IMG/VR virus record: IMGVR_UViG_2667527592_000008
Direction: 5' to 3' (one strand)
Length of the DNA stretch: 39,041 nucleotides
Source of the DNA: a virus
Taxonomy: Duplodnaviria; Heunggongvirae; Uroviricota; Caudoviricetes
A program made the position numbers and the translations under genes. Each line of letters begins with the position of its first letter. Position 1 is the first letter of the stretch. Under the pieces are notes generated by a model. That model saw nothing but the letters and a program-made list of their open reading frames with translations, searched no databases and was not told where the DNA came from. Below are positions 10,010-18,995 of the stretch, one piece after another.

Positions 10010-10021
10010 TTATCAGGCTCC

Positions 10022-11443
10022 TTACAAAATCATGTCGATGCGACCGGCAAACACATGCAGGCCGTTAACCACGTCGGCAGGGATCGCGCAGTCCAGGCGA
10101 TTTGCATCTTTCCCGTTTCGCTGAACGCGCAGTTTTGCCTTATTCGCTTCCACATTCTCCAGAATTTCAGACTCCTCCAGCTTGAGCAGCACGTCATACA
10201 GTTCGCTTTCCACTTTTGCGATGGTTCGGGTGCTGAGTTTTTCACGCGGGAAGCGAAGGCTGATACGTTCGCGGCACGCCTTGCGGGTGTAGTCCAGCGT
10301 TCTGATGGACGTGATATCCAGTAACGAGACATCAACCACACCCTGAGCGTTCACTGTGTAGGTACTGACCGCACGCACAATCTGCACCGTATTACCCGGT
10401 CCAACCTCAACCGGTGTCAGGCCGTTATGCAGGGCGCTTTCCTGCTCGTTACGGCTTTCGCGCTGTGACATGGCGACCACATCCAGCCCGGACAGCGCCA
10501 GCGAGTTCAGCGGGCGTGCCGGGTCTTCTTCGCTCGCCATTACTGCGCCGTAGATGGCGGCCAGCACAGCAGGAAGCATCACAGAACCACGATACCAGGG
10601 GACAGACACGCGCCCGCTGTTCACACCGGCTGCCAGGGTGATCCCGTTTCCCAGACTACCTGTCCAGCCTGCACAACCAATCGCGCCACGCTGTTCCATC
10701 GCGTTCCCGGTTTTCTCCAGGTGCTGCTTCAGGGCGGCAAGGGCTGGCGTGGTACTGAACGGACAAATCAGAATGTTGTGACCGGCAGCAAAGACCGCAT
10801 CAAGTGCGGGCTGAATATCCGGGTCCATTTCGCCGCTCGCCATCGGCGTGGTAGCCACTACAAGGCCGGTTGCAGTGGTGGATACCGACAGGGTGATATC
10901 ATTCCCCCAGGTACCTTTGGTCCGGGCGGTCACTGTCAGTTGAGAGGTGTCAGATTTGTATTCCCCCGTGACCAGAAGCGATGGCGTCTGCGTCATTGCC
11001 GTCACCAGTGCCGGAATGATTTTCGACGGTTCATCCCCGACGTCCACATTAATGGCGATCTGCTCGCCAGCAATCCATACCGACAGCGTACCGCTGCTGG
11101 TTGCAGTGCCGGTGACTTTAACTGCGCCTGTTGCCGCTTTTCCTGCACCACCGTCTGCAATACCGATAACATCCAGTTGCAGATAGCTGTTGGCGTTAAT
11201 GGCCGCGCGCGCCATTGCTGCGGCCAGTGAACCGGCCCCGAAATACAAATCCGCTTCGTCTTCGGAATACACGGAAACCGCATTCAGGGGGGTGGCGGTG
11301 CCATCAGGCAGCATCGGGCCAATCACCAGAACACGCTGTTCGTTACCCGGCAACGTGTTAACGGCCAGCCGGGTATTAAACTCAAAATGCACACCGGGCT
11401 TACGGATACTGCCCGAAATGGTGTCAAACTGAATTTCACTCAT
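10022..11443 (-). CDS. Tail sheath protein (Mu L-like)
   Basis: 473 aa ORF with N-terminus MSEIQFDTISGSIRKPGVHFEFN, typical of myovirus sheath proteins; followed by the tube gene. Confidence 0.9.
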   Translation of the reverse strand: MSEIQFDTISGSIRKPGVHFEFNTRLAVNTLPGNEQRVLVIGPMLPDGTATPLNAVSVYSEDEADLYFGAGSLAAAMARAAINANSYLQLDVIGIADGGAGKAATGAVKVTGTATSSGTLSVWIAGEQIAINVDVGDEPSKIIPALVTAMTQTPSLLVTGEYKSDTSQLTVTARTKGTWGNDITLSVSTTATGLVVATTPMASGEMDPDIQPALDAVFAAGHNILICPFSTTPALAALKQHLEKTGNAMEQRGAIGCAGWTGSLGNGITLAAGVNSGRVSVPWYRGSVMLPAVLAAIYGAVMASEEDPARPLNSLALSGLDVVAMSQRESRNEQESALHNGLTPVEVGPGNTVQIVRAVSTYTVNAQGVVDVSLLDITSIRTLDYTRKACRERISLRFPREKLSTRTIAKVESELYDVLLKLEESEILENVEANKAKLRVQRNGKDANRLDCAIPADVVNGLHVFAGRIDMIL

Positions 11444-11669
11444 CGGAGCCCACCTGTTTCTCTTTCTTCGCCTTCGCTTTTTCTGGTCCGGTGTCCTGTT
11501 CTGCCGTTTCAGGCTCTTCAGCCACCAGAATCAGGTCACCATCCTGAACAGCGCGCCGGTAATAAGCGGTGTTTTCAACGATCACCGCTTCCGTGGTGAT
11601 GTATTTCCGGGCGTTATCCTCCATCGGGAACTTCATCCCGGGAGCCGCCTTAACCTTCATTTTGTTCAT
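11436..11669 (-). CDS. Small conserved Mu-like protein preceding the sheath gene (gp38 position)
   Basis: 77 aa ORF in the Mu gp38 position with a lysine-rich C-terminus; overlaps neighbours on both sides. Confidence 0.55.
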   Translation of the reverse strand: MNKMKVKAAPGMKFPMEDNARKYITTEAVIVENTAYYRRAVQDGDLILVAEEPETAEQDTGPEKAKAKKEKQVGSDE

Positions 11670-12231
11670 GCTGTTGCTCTCTTAATTCATCCAGACCACA
11701 GATATCTGCGCCGTATTGCGTACCAATTCGCAGTAAATCCGGGTCAGGGTCTGACAGACGGCCGTGGTAACGGTTGAAAGCCATATCCGCTTCTGCACCG
11801 CGCTCCGGCCATTTGCCGTTTTCCAGCGCGTGCTCCACCCAGCGGGTATCAAACTCACAGGCAAACACGGACATTGCCCGCTCTGCCACGCCAGTGTTAA
11901 ACAGCGTCCTGACCCGCCCGGGTTCGAAATAATCAATCTCCAGCCCCAAATCCTGACCGATCAGCAGGCGACGGACGGATTCAACCAGCAGGTTTGTACC
12001 GACCTCATCCCGGACGGTGCCTCCCTGTCTGGCGCTCTGTTCGCTGCGGGTGTTGTAATCACCCACCACAACCACAAAGCGTCCGGTGGCAATGTATTTC
12101 TGGCGTGACGTGGAATAGCGTTCGGTTTTCGCGATGCCGCCGAACGTCACCCAGGCTGCCGGAAGGCTGCGAACAATCCGGCCCGGGTCTTCATCCAGTT
12201 CACCGGCATAGGTGCGGACTTCCCGCACCAT
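11650..12231 (-). CDS. Mu gp37-like head-tail joining protein (DUF1834-like)
   Basis: 193 aa ORF in the Mu gp37 position between the gp36-like gene and the sheath region. Confidence 0.6.
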   Translation of the reverse strand: MVREVRTYAGELDEDPGRIVRSLPAAWVTFGGIAKTERYSTSRQKYIATGRFVVVVGDYNTRSEQSARQGGTVRDEVGTNLLVESVRRLLIGQDLGLEIDYFEPGRVRTLFNTGVAERAMSVFACEFDTRWVEHALENGKWPERGAEADMAFNRYHGRLSDPDPDLLRIGTQYGADICGLDELREQQHEQNEG

Positions 12232-12284
12232 TTTCCCCAGACCACAACGCAGACGTTCAACCAGCGCCCGTTCAATTTCAGTAA

Positions 12285-12716
12285 TCAGAATGCACCTCCC
12301 CGCGTGGACTCACGCCCGAACTGACGGGAGCCGGAGCGGATACGCACCTGTGACGATGACGGGATCACGCTGCCGGACGTATCCCGCCCGAGGTTGATTT
12401 GTCCTGCCGCGACTTTCTCCAGAAAGCGGATGGCGTCCCGGTAGCGCATCTGAATTTCTTCTGAGCTGATACGGTAATCGGTCGCCAGGTGATAACGGGC
12501 GATATCGCAGCAGTAACCCACCAGAATCCCCGGGCTGTCAGGCCACGGGGTCCGGTAACGCCCTACCAGATAGCCATCAATCTGGGCACTGGCGCGCGCA
12601 AGCGCGGAAGCCAGTTTTTCTTCGTCGATGAATCCCGTCATGTTTTCATCCGTCAGTGTGCGCGCCTCGCGTTCACTGAACGCCATGATGAACTGTTCCG
12701 GTGTGGCGTAAGACAT
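12285..12716 (-). CDS. Mu gp36-like head completion protein (DUF1320-like)
   Basis: 143 aa ORF starting MSYATPEQF, the characteristic N-terminus of gp36/DUF1320 proteins; located after the capsid-proximal gene. Confidence 0.7.
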   Translation of the reverse strand: MSYATPEQFIMAFSEREARTLTDENMTGFIDEEKLASALARASAQIDGYLVGRYRTPWPDSPGILVGYCCDIARYHLATDYRISSEEIQMRYRDAIRFLEKVAAGQINLGRDTSGSVIPSSSQVRIRSGSRQFGRESTRGGAF

Positions 12717-12719
12717 GGG

Positions 12720-13052
12720 TTACTTCTCCTTTTTGTCCGCTTTCTGCGCTGCTTTAAGCGCAGCTGTCAGTTCCCGGACCTTCCCGCGCTCTTCTTCCAG
12801 CTGCGCCGTCAGTTCGCTGACTTTCTGGCGTTCGGCATCCAGCTGTGCGGCCAGCTCATTACCCCGGGCCGCGTCGTTCTGGCCGGACGCTTTATCGCGT
12901 TCGACCACAATCAGCATGGGGTCAGCCTTCAGCACCGCCAGCTGTTCCGGGGTGAACGCATCCGCAGGCCATGCCTTCGTGGTTGCGCTGTGTGCCACAC
13001 CGCAGCGGCGAAAACCCTCACGGCGGGCGGTAATTTCAATCACCTTTTCCAT
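12720..13052 (-). CDS. Mu gp35-position protein with C-terminal coiled coil
   Basis: 110 aa ORF directly downstream of the major capsid gene; C-terminal half is a heptad-like AQLDAERQKVSELTAQLEEERGKVRELTAALKAAQK. Confidence 0.55.
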   Translation of the reverse strand: MEKVIEITARREGFRRCGVAHSATTKAWPADAFTPEQLAVLKADPMLIVVERDKASGQNDAARGNELAAQLDAERQKVSELTAQLEEERGKVRELTAALKAAQKADKKEK

Positions 13053-13055
13053 GCA

Positions 13056-13964
13056 TTACTCCGTCGTACCATCTGAACCAAATGCCATCTGCCAGAAGCC
13101 GTAACCGCCGTTACAGCGCGCTTCGGCACCAAACAGGAACTTCTTACGCTTGAACACGTTGTCGCTGTTGTAGTCCGTCTGCTCCACAAAAACAGGCTTT
13201 TTACGCAGCTGATAAATCAGCGGTTTCACCGGTTTGGTGGTGTCAAACAGGAACCACGCAGAATCCGACGCCAGCTCCGGCATCACCAGCACTTCGGCGG
13301 TATTGCGGTACGGGTTCGGCGTACCGTCCGGGAACTTCTCGGCGGTCATCAGGTAGTTCGCGTCATCCTCCAGCGCCGGTGGCACAACCAGCAGATTCGG
13401 GCGAATTTTAAGGGATGCGCCTTCGTCATCTTTCAGACTACGCATGGCAGTTCTGGCGGCACCGTAGGAGGCTTTCGCTTCGGCAAGCGAGCCAACTTTG
13501 AGTTTTTTGGTGCCTTTGTTGGACACCGATTTACCGGCGACCAGGTGGTCGGTATCAAAGAACGGCTGGCCGTCGTAACAGGGATTGGTAAAACCGTTAC
13601 TGATAAGGGACGCCACAATATCTGCCGGGAGTTCTGCCGCCGACTGTCCGGCTCCTTTTGCCTGAAGGGCATAGCCCATAATCTGGTCGTCCTCGATGTC
13701 GTTACGATCGACTTCAACCGTGGCTTCCCAGTCCTTGTTACGGATGGTGTAGTTAAATGCCGCCAGTGATTTAACGACCTTGTCACCAATCCACTCGCGC
13801 ATTTTCGGGAAACGACTTAACCAGCTGTAGTCGTTTTCCTTGCCGTTTGATGGCACTTCCATTGCCACCTTCTGCCAGTCAGTTGGTGACTGGTCGAAGG
13901 CTTTCTGGAAGGTGGCCTTCAGATTGATAAAAATCTGTTTGACGTTTTTAACGTTGACTAACAC
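13056..13964 (-). CDS. Major capsid protein (Mu T-like)
   Basis: Long ORF in the Mu T position. Start moved to an in-frame GTG preceded by AAGGAG (six-nucleotide spacer), which also removes the overlap with the upstream gene; the ORF track extends to 14006. Confidence 0.85.
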   Translation of the reverse strand: MLVNVKNVKQIFINLKATFQKAFDQSPTDWQKVAMEVPSNGKENDYSWLSRFPKMREWIGDKVVKSLAAFNYTIRNKDWEATVEVDRNDIEDDQIMGYALQAKGAGQSAAELPADIVASLISNGFTNPCYDGQPFFDTDHLVAGKSVSNKGTKKLKVGSLAEAKASYGAARTAMRSLKDDEGASLKIRPNLLVVPPALEDDANYLMTAEKFPDGTPNPYRNTAEVLVMPELASDSAWFLFDTTKPVKPLIYQLRKKPVFVEQTDYNSDNVFKRKKFLFGAEARCNGGYGFWQMAFGSDGTTE

Positions 13965-13974
13965 GTTTTGCTCC

Positions 13975-14370
13975 TTAACTGAAATGAACCCAGACGCCAT
14001 CGCCACAGATGCCGATCACTTTCCCTGCGACAGGACGGGCGCTGCTGTTGTCGGTTTTTGCCACGGTTACGCTGTCTTCCACGTAGCACAGCTTGCCGAC
14101 CTGCGATTGTGTGACCGGGTCTGAGGTGCTGTTCACCATCAGAAAATCTTTGCCGCAACGCACCAGAACGGTGGCGTCGCCATCACTGCCCTTGCTGTTA
14201 TCCACCCAGCCATCAGACACGCCCAGCGTAATCTGTGAGGCCGTGGCACTGGCCGGAACGGCATAACCGGATGCGTTAACGGCCACCATATGACCACCAA
14301 AAATTTCGGTCGTAGCGGCAACCGGCACCGGGTTCAGTTCGCCGTCACGATAGGGGGTATTGCGATCCAT
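13975..14370 (-). CDS. Small head protein between protease/scaffold and capsid (Mu Z position)
   Basis: 131 aa ORF, start abutting the stop of the protease/scaffold gene; serine/threonine-rich. Confidence 0.55.
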   Translation of the reverse strand: MDRNTPYRDGELNPVPVAATTEIFGGHMVAVNASGYAVPASATASQITLGVSDGWVDNSKGSDGDATVLVRCGKDFLMVNSTSDPVTQSQVGKLCYVEDSVTVAKTDNSSARPVAGKVIGICGDGVWVHFS

Positions 14371-15495
14371 TTACTCATCTCCTGCGTAACGGGCGACATC
14401 CTCTGGATCGACGCCCATCATTGAACAAATGGCGATATCAACATCGACGTCATCGCCGGTTTTAATCTGCGCCGGGGCAGGCGACGGCGTTTTGGGTGGT
14501 TTGCCGCCGGTCTGGGTCTGACTGAGCGCAACAAGTTTCGGTGCGTTATCCAGCCAGGACTTAAAGCCGTTGATATCGCGGCTGGCGTAATCTTTCGCCC
14601 AGCCTTCCTGTGCCGGAAGCAGTCGCCCGTCAGACAGCGCCGCCTGAATCAGTGCCCCGGCTTCGGCCTCACCGGACTGTTGCGCCAGTGCGGCATAACG
14701 CCCCTGAAGTTCTTCGAAGGCAGCAAGGGAAATGTGTTTTGACGGGTCATAGGCACTGGCTGACAGGCTGGCGATTTGCTCGTCTTTCTGATTCAGCAGG
14801 GCCAGCAGGCTGACGGATGCCGCCGCCGTTCCCTGACCGTTCGAAATCATGTCAACGACCTTTTGCAGCTCGTTTTTGATATCTTCCGCCGTTGAGGTAA
14901 CCGGGAGGTTAAGCATCCAGCGCAGACTGGACAGCAAATCGTTTAACAGTTCTTCATCCACTGTTGTGGTCTCCGTTTCAGTTGACAGACTCGCCAGACG
15001 GCTGGCCGCAGCCAGCATGACCGCGTCCATACCGTCCAGCGCCGGGGTATTGGTCAGTGCGGCGTGTAACAGTTCGATGACTTCGCCGCGCCGGTTGTAT
15101 CCAAATACCGGGGAAATAAATTTGTACTCACCGGCGGCAATCATGGCCGCCGCGTTCTCCGTCCACTCCACACCGATGGCATACAGGCCCGAACCTTCAC
15201 GCCATTCCACCTGGCTGAACCAGCCCGCCGCCGGTGCGGGCTTGCCGTTGTTTACGGCGCGCAGCGTCTGATGTTCGTAATCAATGACAAAAGGCGTGGC
15301 GCGGGCGGCCACCTGTGCGACAAGCTGCGCGGCCAGTTCAGCAGTCAGCACCCATTTACCGCTTTCGACTTCATCGGTATGTGGGCGACCATCCACCGCG
15401 CTGAACTCGCCTGCCGGTAACAGCTGGATTTCGCTGTGGGTTGCTTTAGTAATTTCGAGGCTTAACGCCGCAATTTTCAGTTTCATACGCGGCAT
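14371..15495 (-). CDS. Prohead protease/scaffold protein (Mu I-like)
   Basis: About 374 aa; MPRMKLKIAALSLEITKATHSEIQLLPAGEFSAVDGRP N-terminus typical of Mu I proteins. Start uncertain (GTG at 15540 or ATG at 15495/15486), none with a clear ribosome-binding site. Confidence 0.75.
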   Translation of the reverse strand: MPRMKLKIAALSLEITKATHSEIQLLPAGEFSAVDGRPHTDEVESGKWVLTAELAAQLVAQVAARATPFVIDYEHQTLRAVNNGKPAPAAGWFSQVEWREGSGLYAIGVEWTENAAAMIAAGEYKFISPVFGYNRRGEVIELLHAALTNTPALDGMDAVMLAAASRLASLSTETETTTVDEELLNDLLSSLRWMLNLPVTSTAEDIKNELQKVVDMISNGQGTAAASVSLLALLNQKDEQIASLSASAYDPSKHISLAAFEELQGRYAALAQQSGEAEAGALIQAALSDGRLLPAQEGWAKDYASRDINGFKSWLDNAPKLVALSQTQTGGKPPKTPSPAPAQIKTGDDVDVDIAICSMMGVDPEDVARYAGDE

Positions 15496-15514
15496 GATGA
15501 CGGAAGGGGAAGCC

Positions 15515-15544
15515 GGGGTACTGTGGAGGGTGTTCAGCACCCTG
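15515..15544. repeat. Copy 1 of conserved palindromic element GGGGTACTGTGGAGGGTGTTCAGCACCCTG
   Basis: Directly visible; inverted repeat GGGTG-TTCAG-CACCC. Lies at the 5' edge of the protease/scaffold gene, downstream of an AT-rich palindromic tract (15574..15603). Confidence 0.6.
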
Positions 15545-15695
15545 CCATAACGCGAAAGGATAAAAGGGGAAATAAAACCGTTTTTAAAACCCTTTTAAAA
15601 ACGATTCTGACGGCATTTATGGGATGCGGTGCTGTTATGCCTCATCCATGAAGCGTTTATGCTGTCACAGCCGATTACAGCGCGTTTGTCGCCAT

Positions 15696-16247
15696 TCAGT
15701 CAATCACACGCGCAAAATAGCGGTTTGCGGTGTTCTCCAGCTCGTCGATGTCGTCCTGCACGAGCTGAAGGAAGGGGCGCGCTGGCATGTTGACCGTATA
15801 CGCTCCGACCGTTGCGCTCTGCACAAAATTACTGTTGCGCTTTTTCACAAAACGGCTGCTGACGCTGCCGTTTTTGTACTGTTTAAAATGCAGGTTCTGC
15901 GTCCGTGCCTGATGGCGGATCTCGCCGCCTTCGTTGTGGATACGGGCATAACGGACGTTTGTCCCGACCGTGGCCTCGTTATTGTTAACCGCAGAGCGGA
16001 TACTGGCAGCCAGTCGCCCGGACTTCTGAAGGATTTGCCCGGGGCCGCGCCGTTTCGCATAGGCCGGACTCCAGCCCATCCATTTCGGGCGACCCTGTTG
16101 TTCAAAGTTAGTCTCAACCGCATCCAGCATGGAGCCTGCAAGCGCCGTCATCAGGTCGCGCCGGTCCTTCACGGAACGAATCAGTTTCCCCAGCGTGGTG
16201 TTATACGCGCTTAAATCAATCTTAATATCCAGTTTACCGCTGCTCAT
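15696..16247 (-). CDS. Virion morphogenesis protein (Mu G-like)
   Basis: 183 aa ORF after the F-like gene, overlapping its stop; Mu G position. Confidence 0.7.
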   Translation of the reverse strand: MSSGKLDIKIDLSAYNTTLGKLIRSVKDRRDLMTALAGSMLDAVETNFEQQGRPKWMGWSPAYAKRRGPGQILQKSGRLAASIRSAVNNNEATVGTNVRYARIHNEGGEIRHQARTQNLHFKQYKNGSVSSRFVKKRNSNFVQSATVGAYTVNMPARPFLQLVQDDIDELENTANRYFARVID

Positions 16248-17410
16248 GATGCCTCCGGTGTGTCCTGCATAACCCAGTCTGTCAGCACGTCATCCTCCAC
16301 CGTCGCCACTGACCAGCGGTCGCCCGACTGTAACGCATACCGCCACGCGTTACCGTCCTGCGTGACATGCTCCGCCCGTTCGATGGTTTGCTGCATCAGC
16401 ACATAGTCGGCGGCGGTCGGGGACGTGTCTGTTGCACTGAGGCGCTTCATGACGTCAGCCGTAAGGTTTACCGTCTGCCGTGCAGCGCCCGTGGCGGCGA
16501 CCTGTTCCGGTGAACGGATGGCCAGCGGATATCGCTGGCGCGCATCCAGTTCGCTGACGTTCGCCAGTCCCCGGGCAAAATCCGGCCCGGTCAGTGTGCC
16601 GGTGACATACTGGCGGGCGCTGCGGTAATCGTATTTTTCCAGTTCCGGCTGCCATGCCACTTTGCCGGGGTTAAAACCGAAGCCCGGGTCGGCGGTATAC
16701 ACGGAGCCGTCCGGCATCTTCAGCCCCATTGTTCTGATGGTCTGGCCCGGCTGGCCATATTCCTGCTCAACCTCAACCAGTCGCCCCTCGCTGCTCTGTA
16801 CCGTCAGGCCATATTTCTCCACATCCGACGCCGAACGCGCCCGGATACGGCAGCGGCAGTGATAACCGTCCGGGGGATATAAAAACGCCCAGACAGGATC
16901 ATCCGCCCGGGCGGTAAAACCGTTCAGGGCGGCGTGTTTCGGGCGGGTGTGAAGGTCCATCACTGCCACGCGCTCAAAATAAGGCCGGTCAGCCACGTTC
17001 GCCATCTGCTGCTGATAACGTCCGGCGTTATATGACGACTGAATATTGGTATCAAATATCGTGCGCAACCGGCGCGGCGTCAGTTGTCTGCCGTACAGTT
17101 CGCCGGTGTCCTCGTCCACAATCAGCCGCTTACCCAGCCAGCCTTTTTTCTCCAGCAGCGGCTCCAGTTGTGCGGCAAACTCCCGGAACGTCCCGCCGTC
17201 AGCCAGTGCCGCCGTCAGGCCATCACGGATATCCTTCAGAACATCCAGTTTCAGCACGCCCGCCACCGTGAACGCCCGGGCGTGTGCGATGTCCTTCACA
17301 TCGTGCCAGCGGAAGCCGATGACGTATCCCTTGCTTTCGAAATACTTAATCGCTTCTTCCGGCTTCAGGGTGTACGCATAACCCAGGTCAACATCGTCAA
17401 CAGTCGGCAT
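16244..17410 (-). CDS. Head morphogenesis protein (Mu F-like minor head protein)
   Basis: 388 aa ORF immediately after the portal gene, with overlapping start; Mu F position and size. Confidence 0.8.
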   Translation of the reverse strand: MPTVDDVDLGYAYTLKPEEAIKYFESKGYVIGFRWHDVKDIAHARAFTVAGVLKLDVLKDIRDGLTAALADGGTFREFAAQLEPLLEKKGWLGKRLIVDEDTGELYGRQLTPRRLRTIFDTNIQSSYNAGRYQQQMANVADRPYFERVAVMDLHTRPKHAALNGFTARADDPVWAFLYPPDGYHCRCRIRARSASDVEKYGLTVQSSEGRLVEVEQEYGQPGQTIRTMGLKMPDGSVYTADPGFGFNPGKVAWQPELEKYDYRSARQYVTGTLTGPDFARGLANVSELDARQRYPLAIRSPEQVAATGAARQTVNLTADVMKRLSATDTSPTAADYVLMQQTIERAEHVTQDGNAWRYALQSGDRWSVATVEDDVLTDWVMQDTPEAS

Positions 17411-18992
17411 TCAGTCGCCCCCAGATATCCGCCACAAAGAATGCCTGCGTCAGCAACTGCCGCAACGTTTCATCCGGCAGCTCCGGCCACGCTTCCGCCA
17501 GTACGTTCATAGCCTCGTCTGCATCCCGGCCTTCCTGTATGGCCTGCACCAGTGGGGCCACCAGTTCGTTCATCCCCTGCGCGATGGCCTCTGCCGGAAG
17601 CTCTGCCCGGTCGATGGCGTTCTGTGCCGGGTCGTCCTCCCCGTTGTCCTGCTGACTGAGTGCGGCAACATTCATCCGCTCACGCAGCTGGCTGAGGCCA
17701 GCCTGCACAGGGAGAGACTGTGCCACCGGCACCAGCACCTCTTCGCCGTCTTTCGGGGTGGGGATGCCGGTTTTTTTGCGCACCCACGACGCCGGGATAT
17801 CCTTCATCCCCACATTGTTGAGCAACACGCTGACGGCTTCCGCCACGCCCTTAATGTCAGCTTCCTGCTGCACATCAAACACCAGGCGCGGAAGACGGCG
17901 TGACGGGATATCCTGCCAGCCGTTGAGACTGGCCATCATCTGTATCAGACTGCTGAACATGCCGGACAGCTGGCGTGCATCAGCGGTCAGAATGTCGTGC
18001 CGGACCTCGTTATGGACATTACCCAGTGCGTTGGTGGAGGTTTTACCGTCGGCCTGGCTGGTCAGCGTACTGCCCAGAATCACTTTTGAGGTGGTACGCT
18101 CCGCCCATTCCACCATCGACATGAACGCCTCCGGTCCGCCGGATGCGGCTTCCTTGAACTCGATTTCGTTACCCTGCGGCAGGGCTGCCACCGCTTCATG
18201 ACCCAGATTGACCAGCGCCTCAAGAATGTTATCCCGGTCTTCGTCACTGGTGCCCTGTGCATAGTACGCAATGCGCGCTGGAAGACCGTAAATCTCCAGA
18301 AATTCCGCCATATCACGCAGCGCAAAGTTTTTAAACAGATACGGCCAGACCAGTACGCGGAACAGGCCGGATGAACCCAGGAACCCCGACCGGGCGTTGT
18401 AACGGTGAACTAGCCAGCCGAACGGCCACAATGCGGAACCGTCCTTACCGTCTTCCCCACGGTTGCCGTCATCCAGCCGGAGTTCGTCATTGTGTTCCGG
18501 CAGAGTTATGAACCAGTTATGCGGGCGCAGCGTCACCGCATCCGGTAACCATGTTTTATCCACGAACGCCCAGCTGATTTCCTGACAGCTGAAGCCGTAA
18601 CCGACACTGCTCATCCCGTTGAGGATGATGTCCTCCATGTCCGGGATGCCGTGCAGCCATTCATCCACGGCGGCGGCCAGCTCCTTTTCTGCCTTCGAGG
18701 CATTGCGGGGCGGCTCCACCGACCAGTCCAGCGTCAGCAACGCTTTTTTGCGCTTTTCCATCTCGGCGAACAGATGGCCATCACGTTCTTCCATATCCGC
18801 AAACAGCATCGCCTGCGCCGGAAGATAACCGCGTTCGGCTGCTTCCAGAATACGCGGCAGTTTTCTGATGTTCAGACCACGGGACGGGTGATCGGGATAG
18901 ATGCGCAGTCGTTCCGCCACTCTGACCGACTGCGTTGTTTTGAGTGCCTCACGTTTCAGCGGGCGTCCGTAAATATCAACAAGCTGTGCCAT
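17397..18992 (-). CDS. Portal protein (Mu gp29/H-like, DUF935 type)
   Basis: 531 aa ORF directly downstream of the large terminase gene; N-terminus MAQLVDIYGRPLKREALKTTQSVRVAERLRIYPDHP is typical of Mu-like portals. Confidence 0.9.
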   Translation of the reverse strand: MAQLVDIYGRPLKREALKTTQSVRVAERLRIYPDHPSRGLNIRKLPRILEAAERGYLPAQAMLFADMEERDGHLFAEMEKRKKALLTLDWSVEPPRNASKAEKELAAAVDEWLHGIPDMEDIILNGMSSVGYGFSCQEISWAFVDKTWLPDAVTLRPHNWFITLPEHNDELRLDDGNRGEDGKDGSALWPFGWLVHRYNARSGFLGSSGLFRVLVWPYLFKNFALRDMAEFLEIYGLPARIAYYAQGTSDEDRDNILEALVNLGHEAVAALPQGNEIEFKEAASGGPEAFMSMVEWAERTTSKVILGSTLTSQADGKTSTNALGNVHNEVRHDILTADARQLSGMFSSLIQMMASLNGWQDIPSRRLPRLVFDVQQEADIKGVAEAVSVLLNNVGMKDIPASWVRKKTGIPTPKDGEEVLVPVAQSLPVQAGLSQLRERMNVAALSQQDNGEDDPAQNAIDRAELPAEAIAQGMNELVAPLVQAIQEGRDADEAMNVLAEAWPELPDETLRQLLTQAFFVADIWGRLNADC

Positions 18993-18995
18993 TAA

